A DNA stretch of 42,884 nucleotides from Rhodospirillales bacterium (GTDB taxonomy: Bacteria > Pseudomonadota > Alphaproteobacteria > JAEULC01): NCBI GenBank assembly GCA_016792605.1, contig JAEULC010000160.1, positions 1 to 42,884 of the forward strand, given 5' to 3'. A model generated the notes under the pieces. It did no database searches. It was not told the origin of the DNA and saw nothing but the letters and a program-made list of their open reading frames with translations. Numbering within the stretch: position 1 is the stretch's first letter; every line of letters begins with the position of its first letter. This document shows positions 30,400-38,619 of this stretch, in pieces. The position numbers and the translations under genes are program-made.

Positions 30400-31245
30400 T
30401 TATTCAGAACTATTCATGCATTTCTTGGCATAATCCGCCGCAATGCGCTCGTGGCGATCGGCGATGGCGAGGCTCAGGCAAGGGTCCATGCCGATGTCGG
30501 CCAGCATCGCGCCCGCCTCCCGCATCTCGGCGGCCCGGCGGATGCCGTGCGTGCGCACGCGTTCGCTCATGGCCTCGGCGAGCGCCGCCCAGTCGATCGA
30601 CGGGTAGGACGCGCGGAGGCTGCCGAACACGGAATCGGAAACCCCGAAATGTCCAGCGGCGGCGGCACAGTCGCTGAGGATCGCTTCCAGCCCCTTGATC
30701 ACGATGCTGCGGCAGAGCTTCATCGCCGACGCCCTGCCGATCTCCGTCGCCACCGGCTCGATCCGCATCCCCCTGCTGTTCAGCGTCTTCGACAAGGCCG
30801 CGGCCTGGGCGCCGCCAGCCAGAATTGGCACCTGCAACCCGGGCGCAAGCACCGGCGCCATGACAGCGCCCTCGACATAGGCGGCGCCTGACACCTGGAC
30901 CTGGCGCGCGGCCTCGATCTTGGTCGCGGGCGCCGCCGAGTTGATGTCGAACAGGATCTGGCCCGGCACGAGGAACTCGGCCGCCTCGGCCGCGACGGCG
31001 CCCGCGGACGCGGCGGTCACGGCGGAGATCACGATGTCCGCATCGCGGCAGGCATCCGCGGCGCTCGTGGCGACGCGAACGCCCAGCTCCCTCGCCGTTC
31101 CGGCCCTGCCGGCGCCGTCGCCCGGGCGGTCGAACAGGATGTCGTAGGCGGAGAGGGCCACGTCCGGGGCCGCGGCAAAGCCCCGGGCGAAGGTCCGGCC
31201 GACCTCGCCGAAGCCGATGAAGGCCAGTCGAAGATGATTGCGCAT
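30400..31245 (-). CDS. NAD(P)-binding oxidoreductase (6-phosphogluconate/3-hydroxyisobutyrate dehydrogenase-like N-domain, DUF1932-like C-domain)
   Basis: The ATG at 31245 gives MRNHLRLAFIGFGEVGRTFARGF, a Rossmann GxGxxG. 281 aa. Confidence 0.7.
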   Translation of the reverse strand: MRNHLRLAFIGFGEVGRTFARGFAAAPDVALSAYDILFDRPGDGAGRAGTARELGVRVATSAADACRDADIVISAVTAASAGAVAAEAAEFLVPGQILFDINSAAPATKIEAARQVQVSGAAYVEGAVMAPVLAPGLQVPILAGGAQAAALSKTLNSRGMRIEPVATEIGRASAMKLCRSIVIKGLEAILSDCAAAAGHFGVSDSVFGSLRASYPSIDWAALAEAMSERVRTHGIRRAAEMREAGAMLADIGMDPCLSLAIADRHERIAADYAKKCMNSSE

Positions 31246-31320
31246 ATGTACCGCCTGCCACTGGACGACGCAAAGACTGGCCCAGGCCCATGCGCGGCCA
31301 CAAATGAGCAATACGGTCCT

Positions 31321-31336
31321 ATTCATGAATTTGAAT
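31321..31336. promoter_or_regulatory. Inverted repeat ATTCA-N6-TGAAT (T-N11-A compatible, candidate LysR-type site)
   Basis: An AT-rich dyad in the 104-bp gap between the LysR stop and the oxidoreductase start. A related GATTCA/ATTCAT-containing AT-rich patch precedes galD (about 30380-30400). Confidence 0.25.
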
Positions 31337-31349
31337 CATGTGCGACGCC

Positions 31350-32246
31350 TCAGCGCTCGGTACGCAACTGCTTCTTCAACATGGAAGCAAGCGCCTCGGC
31401 CGGCGGAGACAGCGGCACGCCGCGGCGGACCATGATCCCGAGCGTGCGGACGATGCCGGGGTTGCGCAGCGGCACGGCGACCACGCCCGGATTCGGGCTC
31501 CGATGCATCGAGAGGCGCGGCACGATGGTGAGGCCGACGCCCGCCTCCGCCATGCTGATGGCGGTCGCGACATGCTGGACCTCGTAACGCCAGTTCAGGC
31601 TCTCGCGCCGGCTGCCGAGCGCGTCGTCGATCAGCGCGCGGTTGCCCGCCTGGGGGCTGATGCGGACCAGCGGCACCCCCGCCAGGGCGGCAAAGTCGAC
31701 GCTCTTCTGCTTCGCGAAGGCATGAGCCCGCGGACAGACCAGCACGAACGGCTCTTTGAGCAGCGGCTTGACCTCCAACTCCGGCCGGCTGGCAGACAGG
31801 ATCGTGATGCCGAACTCCACAGTCCCCGACTGGACGAGGCCCGCGATCTCCGACGCGGAGTTGTCGTAGATCTTGACGATCAGGTCGGGATAGTCGGCGC
31901 TGAAGGCGCCCAAGAGCCGAGGTAGGTAGCGGTTAGCGATCGTCGGCAGACAGCCGATCGCGATGCGTTCCTGGCGCGCACTGCCGAACTGCCGCAACTC
32001 GTCGAACGAGGCATCGATGTCGTCGATGATCCGGCGCGCCTTGGGCAGCAGGGCCAGGCCGGCGGGCGACAACGAAACATGCCGGGTCGTACGCTGCAAC
32101 AGCTTCACGCCCAAATCGCCCTCGAATTTGCGAATTCGATGGCTCAGCGCGGTCTGCGACAGGTTGAGATGCGCCGCCGCACGCTGAAAGCTGCCGCGCT
32201 CGGCAATACTCAGGAACGCCTGCAAGCCCAGGAAATCTACTCGCAT
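31350..32246 (-). CDS. LysR-family transcriptional regulator (GalR-like by context)
   Basis: 298 aa. The N-terminal wHTH is LQAFLSIAERGSFQRAAAHLNLSQTALSHRIRKFE, followed by a LysR substrate-binding domain. Confidence 0.85.
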   Translation of the reverse strand: MRVDFLGLQAFLSIAERGSFQRAAAHLNLSQTALSHRIRKFEGDLGVKLLQRTTRHVSLSPAGLALLPKARRIIDDIDASFDELRQFGSARQERIAIGCLPTIANRYLPRLLGAFSADYPDLIVKIYDNSASEIAGLVQSGTVEFGITILSASRPELEVKPLLKEPFVLVCPRAHAFAKQKSVDFAALAGVPLVRISPQAGNRALIDDALGSRRESLNWRYEVQHVATAISMAEAGVGLTIVPRLSMHRSPNPGVVAVPLRNPGIVRTLGIMVRRGVPLSPPAEALASMLKKQLRTER

Positions 32247-32354
32247 GTCACATCTCGCCCGTGAATCGTGGCCTAGACTATCGCAGCTCGTGTGGAAGGA
32301 CGAAAGAAGCCGAGATGCCTGGGTCCACGTCGTGACGCTTGCGGCTCCTTAGGC

Positions 32355-33094
32355 TCAGCCCCGCGCGTCGAGCCAGCGGTGATGGGCCGTGGCGGCGCGC
32401 GTATAGAGCTTGCGCGCCCAGCGGAATGAGATGCGACGGATCGGCTCCATCGGTATGGGAATCCTCCGGCCCTGGCAGCGGTCGGCGAGAAGCCGGCCGA
32501 TGGCGCTGTTCCAGGCGACGCCCTTGCCGTTGCAGCCCATCGTTACCAGCAGGCCCGGCGCGGCCTCGTGCATCCTTGTCCAGCGGTCTGGCGGCGACAC
32601 GGCCACCCAGCCACTCCAGCAATACGGCGTCGGCGAGGTGCGGGTAGAGCTTCGCCAGCATCATGCGCTGCAGCCCAAACGATTCAGGCCCGTGCGCCGG
32701 GCCCAGGCTACCGCGGCCGCCGACGATCAGGCGATGGTCGCGGTCGACGCGGAAATAGCGCAGCAGGTTGCGCGTGTCGGACACGCACTGGCCTTCGGGC
32801 AGGATGCGGCGACGGTCCTCCGGCCCAAGCGGCGCAGTCGCGATCTGGAGGCTCTGCACCAGAATCACGCTCTGCCTCAGCCCAGGCACCAGCCGGTCGC
32901 TGTAGCCCGTCATGGCGACGACGACCTGCCGCGCGCGCTACGCCCCGCACCGTGCGACAGCGCCATCCGCCCGCGGCGGGTTCCAGTGCCGTTACGCGGC
33001 TATCGGCATGGATTGCTACGCCGAGCGAGATCGCGCCGCGCGCCGAGCCCCGCGCATAGGCGAGTGGCTGCACCGATTCAGAGCGCTTCGGCAC
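32355..33094 (-). pseudogene. FAD-dependent (DAO/DadA-like) oxidoreductase pseudogene: 5'-truncated, at least two frameshifts
   Basis: Homology runs across three frames. Frame 1 (33094-32940) reads …VQPLAYARGSARGAISLGVAIHADSRVTALEPAAGGWRCRTVRG. Frame 2 starts after an in-frame TAG near 32938-32940: RARQVVVAMTGYSDRLVPGL…LLEWLG. Frame 3 starts near 32604-32610: VAVSPPDRWTRMHEAAPGLLVTMGCNGKGVAW…. The N-terminal FAD-binding part (about 150 aa) is absent. Confidence 0.7.
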
Positions 33095-33121
33095 CAGTCG
33101 GCGCCGGTGCCCAATGTAGTT

Positions 33122-33171
33122 GTGGCTGGGGCGCCAGGATTCGAACCTGGGGATGGCGGAATCAAAATCCT
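33122..33171 (-). pseudogene. Truncated tRNA-Gln(UUG): 3' 50 nt only (anticodon arm to CCA)
   Basis: The minus strand reads GAGGA-TTTTGAT-TCCGC-CATCC-CCAGG-TTCGAAT-CCTGG-CGCCCCA-G-CCA. The next 30 nt upstream (ACCCATTGGAATCACGCATATCACA…) cannot form the acceptor 5' strand (expected TGGGGCG) or a D arm. Confidence 0.75.
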
Positions 33172-33533
33172 CTGTGATATGCGTGATTCCAATGGGTTAC
33201 GCGCTCACAAGGTGCAAAATCCGTGCTTTGTGTCAATGGGATAGCAAAACTCTGCAAAACCGAACGGCGCTTCGTGCCATCAACTTAGAACGCCGGTGCG
33301 ATGGCGGATTTCTGCGGCCATTCGGAATCATCGACCGCCAATAGCCGCATTTAGCCGCAAGGAGTTGCACGGAAAATCGGAATGAAGCCGGTACGACTAC
33401 TCGTCGAGGCAAGAGCATCGCGTAACGAGTCCGAGCCGCCTTGGCGTCTGCAAGATATGTCGTCACTCGCTGGGACGAGCGGGCTTACAAGCTGTCTAAC
33501 GGCGGCTGACGCTTTCTCCCGCCGCCTCCGTCC

Positions 33534-33547
33534 GTTTCACGTGAAAC
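33534..33547. repeat. Perfect 14-bp palindrome GTTTCACGTGAAAC
   Basis: Read directly. It lies in the non-coding leader about 90 bp upstream of the TIM-barrel gene. Confidence 0.3.
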
Positions 33548-33595
33548 GCCCGTCCGCCCGCCTGTTGCACTGTCCGGCGAAATTATGTAGTAGTA

Positions 33596-33625
33596 ACAAC
33601 TCTTATGTTGTAGCTACAACATTAT
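33596..33625. promoter_or_regulatory. Operator-like motif ACAAC-N6-GTTGT-N4-ACAACATTAT (contains perfect 16-bp palindrome TGTTGTAGCTACAACA, 33606-33621)
   Basis: Lies immediately upstream of the SD (GGGAGAGG) and start of the first gene of the DeoR-containing unit. A near-identical arrangement recurs at 36476-36506. Confidence 0.5.
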
Positions 33626-33636
33626 GGGAGAGGCAA

Positions 33637-34323
33637 TTGGACTTCATCTTCATGCTGACGCAGCACGACCGCACCGTGGCGAACTGCCTGGATGTGCTGC
33701 AGGAGATCGAAGGCCTGGGCGTCACCCATATCGGCTTCAAGGATGTCGGGGTCGATCGGGCGACTATGGTCGAACTCGTGCGGCGCATCCGCGCCACGGG
33801 CGCCACGAGCTACCTGGAGGTCGTCAGCACCTCGGCCGCCGACGTCCTGCGGTCGCTCGAGGCCGCGATGGCCTTGGGCGTGGACCGAGTGCTGGGCGGC
33901 ACCGACCTGGTCGCGGCCAAGCGCATCCTGGGCGATCTCGCTCGCTACTTTCCCTTTCCCGGCATTCCCGTCGGACATCCGACGCGGCTCGGCGGCTCGC
34001 CCGAGCTGGTCGCGCATCAGTGCCGCCAGATGCGCGAAACCGGCTGCGGCGGGGTCGATCTCCTGGCCTATCGCGCGACGGAGGCCGAGCCGATGGCGCT
34101 GGTGCGCGCGGCGCGGCGCGAGCTGAAGGACCGCAGCCTGATCGTCGCGGGCAGCGTCAACTCCGCCGATCGCATCCACGCCTTGGCGGCAGCCGGCGTC
34201 GATGCCTTCACGATCGGCTCGGCGGTGCTCGACCGATCCTTCGCCGCCGACCTGCCGTCGCTGACCGGGCAGATCGGATCGGTCCTGGCCGCCTGTCGCG
34301 GCGCGCCGCGCTTCGCGGCCTGA
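33637..34323 (+). CDS. TIM-barrel-like protein of unknown function (phosphate-binding-barrel-type C-terminal motif)
   Basis: The start is TTG at 33637 (SD GGGAGAGG) or ATG at 33652. There is an alternating beta/alpha pattern. The C-terminal LIVAGSVNSADRIHALAAAGVDAFTIGSAV resembles the beta7/beta8 phosphate-binding region of NanE/PcrB/ThiE-type barrels. I do not recognise the exact family. Confidence 0.55.
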   Translation: MDFIFMLTQHDRTVANCLDVLQEIEGLGVTHIGFKDVGVDRATMVELVRRIRATGATSYLEVVSTSAADVLRSLEAAMALGVDRVLGGTDLVAAKRILGDLARYFPFPGIPVGHPTRLGGSPELVAHQCRQMRETGCGGVDLLAYRATEAEPMALVRAARRELKDRSLIVAGSVNSADRIHALAAAGVDAFTIGSAVLDRSFAADLPSLTGQIGSVLAACRGAPRFAA

Positions 34324-34329
34324 GCCCCC

Positions 34330-35628
34330 ATGGCAGGCGATCTGGTCGACCGGCTCACGGCCGGCGAATGGCGCGATCCGGAGGACGGCGAACGAGTCCA
34401 GGTAGCGATCCGGTCGATCGTCATCGAGCGCTCGCTCGCAGGTAGCGAGGGAGCGCTCGTCGGCGCGCTCGGCCTCGGTCGGCGCCTGGCCGTCGTCAGC
34501 GACCCGGCGACCGATGCCGTGCTCGGCGCCCGGGTACGCCGCGCGCTGGACGGCATCGCCACGGTCCGGCAGATAGCGCTGGGCGATCATCCCCATTCCG
34601 ATCAGGACACGGTCGACCGGATCCGCGCCGCGACGACCGCGTCCGACGCGCTGATCGCCGTGGGCTCGGGCACGATCAACGACCTGTGCAAGTACGCAGC
34701 TCATTGCGACGGCAAGCCCTACGCCGTCTTCGCCACCGCGCCGTCGATGAACGGCTACACGTCGGCCAATGCCGCGATCACCGTGGACGGTCACAAGAAG
34801 TCGCTTGCAGCCGCCGTGCCGCGGGGCGTGTTCGTGGAACTCGACACGCTGGCCAAGGCGCCGGCGCGCATGATCCGCGCCGGCCTGGGCGACTCCCTCT
34901 GCCGTCCCACGGCGCAGGCCGACTGGCTACTATCGCACCGCCCGCATGGCACGCCCTATCGCCGTGCGCCCTTCGACCTCTTGACGCAGGACGAGCCGCG
35001 CCTGCTGCTGGAGCCCGAGGCCGTGGTCGCTGGGGCGCCCGACGCCATCGGCAGCCTGGCGCGCACCCTGATCCTGTCCGGCCTGGGCATGACGATCTGC
35101 GGCGGCTCCTATCCGGCCAGCCAGGGCGAGCACCTGATCAGCCACTACATCGACATGTTCGCGCCGCCGGACCGCGCGCCCTTCTTCCATGGCGAGCAGG
35201 TGGCCGTGGCGACCGTCACGATGGCAAGGCTGCAGGAACAGCTCCTCGACGGCCCCGCCCCCCGCCTCCTTCCCTCGACGGCGACGCCCGCGGCGCTGCG
35301 CACCTGGATGGGCGATGCGGCGGGCGACGCGTGCTGGGCCGAATTCCAGCCAAAGGCGCTGGACGCGGCCGCGGCCGCCGCGGCGTCGGCGCGTATCGCA
35401 GCGGACTGGCCGGGCCACCGCGCCGCGATCCGGCCGGTCACCCTCCCTGCCGCCACCATCGAAACCGCCCTCCGACGCGCCGGCGTGCCGACCCGCCCCC
35501 AAGAAATCGGCCTCAGCGACGCCTTCTACCAGGCGGCCGTCGCGCGGGCCCGCTACCTGCGCAACCGCTACGGTTTCCTCGACCTCGCCGGCGATACCGG
35601 GCTGCTGGGAATGCGCGCGGCCGCCTGA
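34330..35628 (+). CDS. Fe-ADH/dehydroquinate-synthase-like superfamily dehydrogenase, sn-glycerol-1-phosphate dehydrogenase (AraM/EgsA)-like
   Basis: 432 aa. Blocks are LIAVGSGTINDLCKYAA, FATAPSMNGYTS and GLGDSLCRPTAQADW, plus a His-containing metal site region (GEHLISHY). The assignment to the G1PDH-like branch is from memory of that family. Confidence 0.65.
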   Translation: MAGDLVDRLTAGEWRDPEDGERVQVAIRSIVIERSLAGSEGALVGALGLGRRLAVVSDPATDAVLGARVRRALDGIATVRQIALGDHPHSDQDTVDRIRAATTASDALIAVGSGTINDLCKYAAHCDGKPYAVFATAPSMNGYTSANAAITVDGHKKSLAAAVPRGVFVELDTLAKAPARMIRAGLGDSLCRPTAQADWLLSHRPHGTPYRRAPFDLLTQDEPRLLLEPEAVVAGAPDAIGSLARTLILSGLGMTICGGSYPASQGEHLISHYIDMFAPPDRAPFFHGEQVAVATVTMARLQEQLLDGPAPRLLPSTATPAALRTWMGDAAGDACWAEFQPKALDAAAAAAASARIAADWPGHRAAIRPVTLPAATIETALRRAGVPTRPQEIGLSDAFYQAAVARARYLRNRYGFLDLAGDTGLLGMRAAA

Positions 35629-35662
35629 TATCGTCCCGCGCTTCGAAGCGAGGGGACGATCG

Positions 35663-36457
35663 ATGGGCCGTACCAGCCGCGCTGCCGGCAAACTGTCGCA
35701 AGGCGAGCGCCACGCGCAGATCCTGACGCTGCTGCGGCGCGAGGGCGCGGTGCAGATCGCCGGACTGGCCAAGATCTTCGGCGTGACCACCGAGACGGCG
35801 CGCCGCGACCTGGACGAGCTGGCCGAGCGTGGCGCGGTGCAGCGCACCTATGGCGGCGCCGCCAACCGGTCGCTGATCGACGAGCCAGCGATCGGCGAGC
35901 GCGAGCGCACCCGGTCGGCCGAGCGCGCGCGCGTGGCCGCCCGGGCCGCCGCCATGGTCGATCCGGGCGACGCGCTGATGATCGACTGCGGCTCCACCAC
36001 CAGCCTGTTCGCCGAGGCCCTGGCCGCGCGCGGCCTGCACCTGACCGCCGTCACCAACGGCATCGGCGTCGCGACGGCGCTGGGCCAAGTGGAGGCCTGC
36101 CGCGTCGTGCTGTGCCCGGGGAACTACGTGGCGCGGGAGGGCGGCGTCTATGGCGGCGACACGCTCGAGTTTCTTCGACGGTTCAAGGCGAACAAGGCCT
36201 TCATCGGCGCCGGCGGGATCACGGCCGAGGGCGTGACCGACGCGGATTCGCTGGGCTGCGCCGTCAAGCGCGCCATGATCGACCGCGCCGACCGCGTGCT
36301 GCTGCTGGTCGACAGCGCCAAGTTCGCGGCCGGCCAGTTCGAGCGCGTCTGCGGCATCGAGGCGCTGGACGATCTGGTCTGCGAAGCGCCGCCACCCCGC
36401 GAACTCGCGCTCGCGCTGCGCGGCAATGGCGTGAAGGTGACCATCGCCAAGGGCTGA
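35663..36457 (+). CDS. DeoR/GlpR-family transcriptional regulator
   Basis: ATG at 35663 (SD GAGGGGA). The HTH is ERHAQILTLLRREGAVQIAGLAKIFGVTTETARRDLDEL. The C-terminal sugar-phosphate-isomerase-like effector domain includes DCGSTT and FIGAGGI. Confidence 0.85.
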   Translation: MGRTSRAAGKLSQGERHAQILTLLRREGAVQIAGLAKIFGVTTETARRDLDELAERGAVQRTYGGAANRSLIDEPAIGERERTRSAERARVAARAAAMVDPGDALMIDCGSTTSLFAEALAARGLHLTAVTNGIGVATALGQVEACRVVLCPGNYVAREGGVYGGDTLEFLRRFKANKAFIGAGGITAEGVTDADSLGCAVKRAMIDRADRVLLLVDSAKFAAGQFERVCGIEALDDLVCEAPPPRELALALRGNGVKVTIAKG

Positions 36458-36475
36458 CCCGCCATAGTTGGAATG

Positions 36476-36506
36476 ACAACAATGATGTTGTTGTTCCAAC
36501 ATTTAT
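36476..36506. promoter_or_regulatory. Operator-like motif ACAAC-N6-GTTGT-N4-CCAACATTTAT
   Basis: Second copy of the 33596-33625 motif, in the 115-bp gap between the DeoR stop and the ABC substrate-binding gene. Confidence 0.5.
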
Positions 36507-36572
36507 CGTGATAGCTTTCCCGGGATGGGCGCCGTGGGGACGCGCGCCGCTACGCGTGCTGGGGAGCTACAC

Positions 36573-37583
36573 ATGCTGGGTCGTCATTCGCGCCTGATCG
36601 GCGCCGTCGCCGCGCTGGTCTTGACCGGCTTAGCCGCCAAGGCCGGCGAGATCACCGCCTACACCTCGCTGGAGGAAGACGACATCCGCGTCTACCTGCA
36701 GGGCTTCGCCAAGGCGCAGCCAGGGGTGAAGGTGAACGTGCTGCGTCTGTCCACCGGCGACCTGGGTGCGCGCATGCTGGCCGAGAAGGCCAACCCGCGC
36801 CATGACGTGATCTGGGGCTGGGCGGTCACCAACATGGTCGATCCGCGCATCCTGGAGATGGCGGAGCCTTACAAGCCCGCCGGAATCGACAAGGTGAACC
36901 CGGCCTTCAAGGACAAGGACGGGCGTTGGTTCGCCACCACGGGTTATTTCGCCGGGTTCTGCGTCAACAACGAGATCCTGAAGAAGAACAACCTACCGAT
37001 GCCCGCCTCCTGGCAGGATCTCCTCAACCCCGTCTACAAGGGGCAGATCGTGATGCCGAACGCGGCCAGCTCGGGCACCGGCTACCTGCAGATCGTCTCG
37101 CTGCTGCAGATGAAGGGCGAGGACAAGGGCTGGCAGTTCCTGAAGGACCTGGACAAGAACATCGCGCAATACATCAAGTCCGGCTCGCGCCCCTGCAAGA
37201 TGGCGAGCAGTGGCGAGTATGCGATCGGCCTCTCCTTCGCCTTCTCGGGCGTGAAGCAGATCATGGAAGGCTATCCGATCAAGCTGGTGATCCCTAGCGA
37301 GGGCGCGGGCTACGAGACCGAGGTAAGCGCCTTGATGAAGACCGCGAAGAACAAGCCCGACGCCAAGCTGTTCCTCGACTGGCTGCTGACCCTCGACGCA
37401 GCGAAGCTCTATGGCGAACGCGCCGAGATGTCGTCGGTGCCCGGCGCCAAGGCGCCCGCGGCGGTGCTGAAGGCCGGCTTGCCCGAGGACGTATCCAAGG
37501 TTCTCTTCAAGATGGACTTCGACGCCTCGGCCCGCGACAAGGACCGCATCGTCTCGGAGTGGAAGCAGAAGATCGAGCGCTAG
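36573..37583 (+). CDS. ABC transporter periplasmic substrate-binding protein, Fe(3+)/2-aminoethylphosphonate/sugar-phosphate (AfuA/PhnS) class
   Basis: ATG at 36573 (SD GGGGAG) and a signal peptide (…LVLTGLAAKAGE). Family-like blocks are ITAYTSLEEDD, DVIWG, and SSGTGY. Confidence 0.8.
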   Translation: MLGRHSRLIGAVAALVLTGLAAKAGEITAYTSLEEDDIRVYLQGFAKAQPGVKVNVLRLSTGDLGARMLAEKANPRHDVIWGWAVTNMVDPRILEMAEPYKPAGIDKVNPAFKDKDGRWFATTGYFAGFCVNNEILKKNNLPMPASWQDLLNPVYKGQIVMPNAASSGTGYLQIVSLLQMKGEDKGWQFLKDLDKNIAQYIKSGSRPCKMASSGEYAIGLSFAFSGVKQIMEGYPIKLVIPSEGAGYETEVSALMKTAKNKPDAKLFLDWLLTLDAAKLYGERAEMSSVPGAKAPAAVLKAGLPEDVSKVLFKMDFDASARDKDRIVSEWKQKIER

Positions 37584-37605
37584 GCCCTAGCGGCCGAAGA
37601 TCACG

Positions 37606-38619
37606 ATGTTCCTGTCGCTACGCGGCATCGTGAAGCGCTTCGGGGCGGTCACCGCGCTCGACGGGGTGAGCCTGGACGTGGCCGAGGGAGAGTTCGTCTG
37701 CTTCCTCGGCCCGTCGGGCTGCGGCAAGACCACGCTTCTGCGCAGCATCGCCGGGCTGGAGCTTCCCGAGGCCGGCAGCATCCTGCTGGGTGGCGAGGAA
37801 CTGGCGCGCACCCCGGCGCGGCTGCGGAACTTCGGCGTCGTGTTCCAGTCCTACTCCCTCTTCCCCAACATGACGGTCGCGCGAAATCTCGCCTATGGCC
37901 TGGAATGCCGGGGATGGAAGCGCTCGGAGATTGAGGAACGCGTGGCACGCATGCTCTCGCTGGTGCGCCTCGATAACCAGGCCGAGAAGTATCCGCACCA
38001 GCTTTCCGGCGGCCAGCAGCAACGCATCGCCCTCGCCAGGGCGTTGGCCCCGCGACCGCGCATGCTGCTGCTGGACGAGCCGCTGTCGGCGCTCGACGCC
38101 AAGGTGCGCGACGAGTTGCGCGGCGAGATCCGCGACCTGCAGCGCGCGCTGGGCGTCACCACGATCATGGTCACGCACGACCAGGACGAGGCGATGGAGA
38201 TCGCCGACCGGATCGTGTTGATGAACGACGGTCGCATCGAACAGGTCGGCAGCGCCGCGGACCTCTACGAGCGCCCAGCGAGCCGCTTTGTCGCCGCGTT
38301 CGTCGGGCGCATGAACGTCCTGCCGCTGGCGGGCGGCGCCTTCGCCGGCGTGTCGTTCTCCGGCATGGCGGCGCAGGAAGTCGTGGGCATCCGTCCCGAG
38401 CATGTCGAACTCTGCACCGCCGAGCACGCCGACGCCATCGCCGGGCGGGTCGAGAAGTCGGTGTTCCTGGGTTCGGTCACGCGCGTGACCTTGGCGGTCG
38501 GCGGCGGCCGGATGGTGATCGAGCTGCGCGGCAGGGTGGCGGACCTGGCGCCGGGCAGCCCCCTCGCCGTTCGCCTGCCACCCGATGCGCTGCATCGCCT
38601 GTCGGGCGGGCCGCATTGA
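37606..38619 (+). CDS. ABC transporter ATP-binding protein
   Basis: Walker A is GPSGCGKTT, the signature is LSGGQQQR, Walker B is LLLDEP, and the H-loop is VTHDQ. A C-terminal TOBE-like regulatory domain follows. Confidence 0.9.
   Translation: MFLSLRGIVKRFGAVTALDGVSLDVAEGEFVCFLGPSGCGKTTLLRSIAGLELPEAGSILLGGEELARTPARLRNFGVVFQSYSLFPNMTVARNLAYGLECRGWKRSEIEERVARMLSLVRLDNQAEKYPHQLSGGQQQRIALARALAPRPRMLLLDEPLSALDAKVRDELRGEIRDLQRALGVTTIMVTHDQDEAMEIADRIVLMNDGRIEQVGSAADLYERPASRFVAAFVGRMNVLPLAGGAFAGVSFSGMAAQEVVGIRPEHVELCTAEHADAIAGRVEKSVFLGSVTRVTLAVGGGRMVIELRGRVADLAPGSPLAVRLPPDALHRLSGGPH

Noticed and set aside
15221-33171. tRNA-Gln(CUG) and the tRNA-Gln(UUG) fragment as the two att ends of a 17.9-kb island
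   Set aside because: They are different isoacceptors. Their T-stem and acceptor sequences differ (…CCTAGTCCCCCAACCA against …CCTGGCGCCCCAGCCA), so they are not direct repeats. The order is also wrong: in the tRNA reading direction the fragment precedes the intact gene. No integrase lies between them.
33637-35628. G1P-dehydrogenase-like gene plus TIM barrel as an archaeal-type ether-lipid (G1PDH + GGGPS/PcrB) module
   Set aside because: This is tempting but unsupported. The barrel shares only the generic phosphate-binding C-terminal motif with PcrB/GGGPS, there is no other lipid-synthesis gene, and the DeoR + ABC importer + phosphatase context argues for catabolism. It is kept only as an alternative to test.
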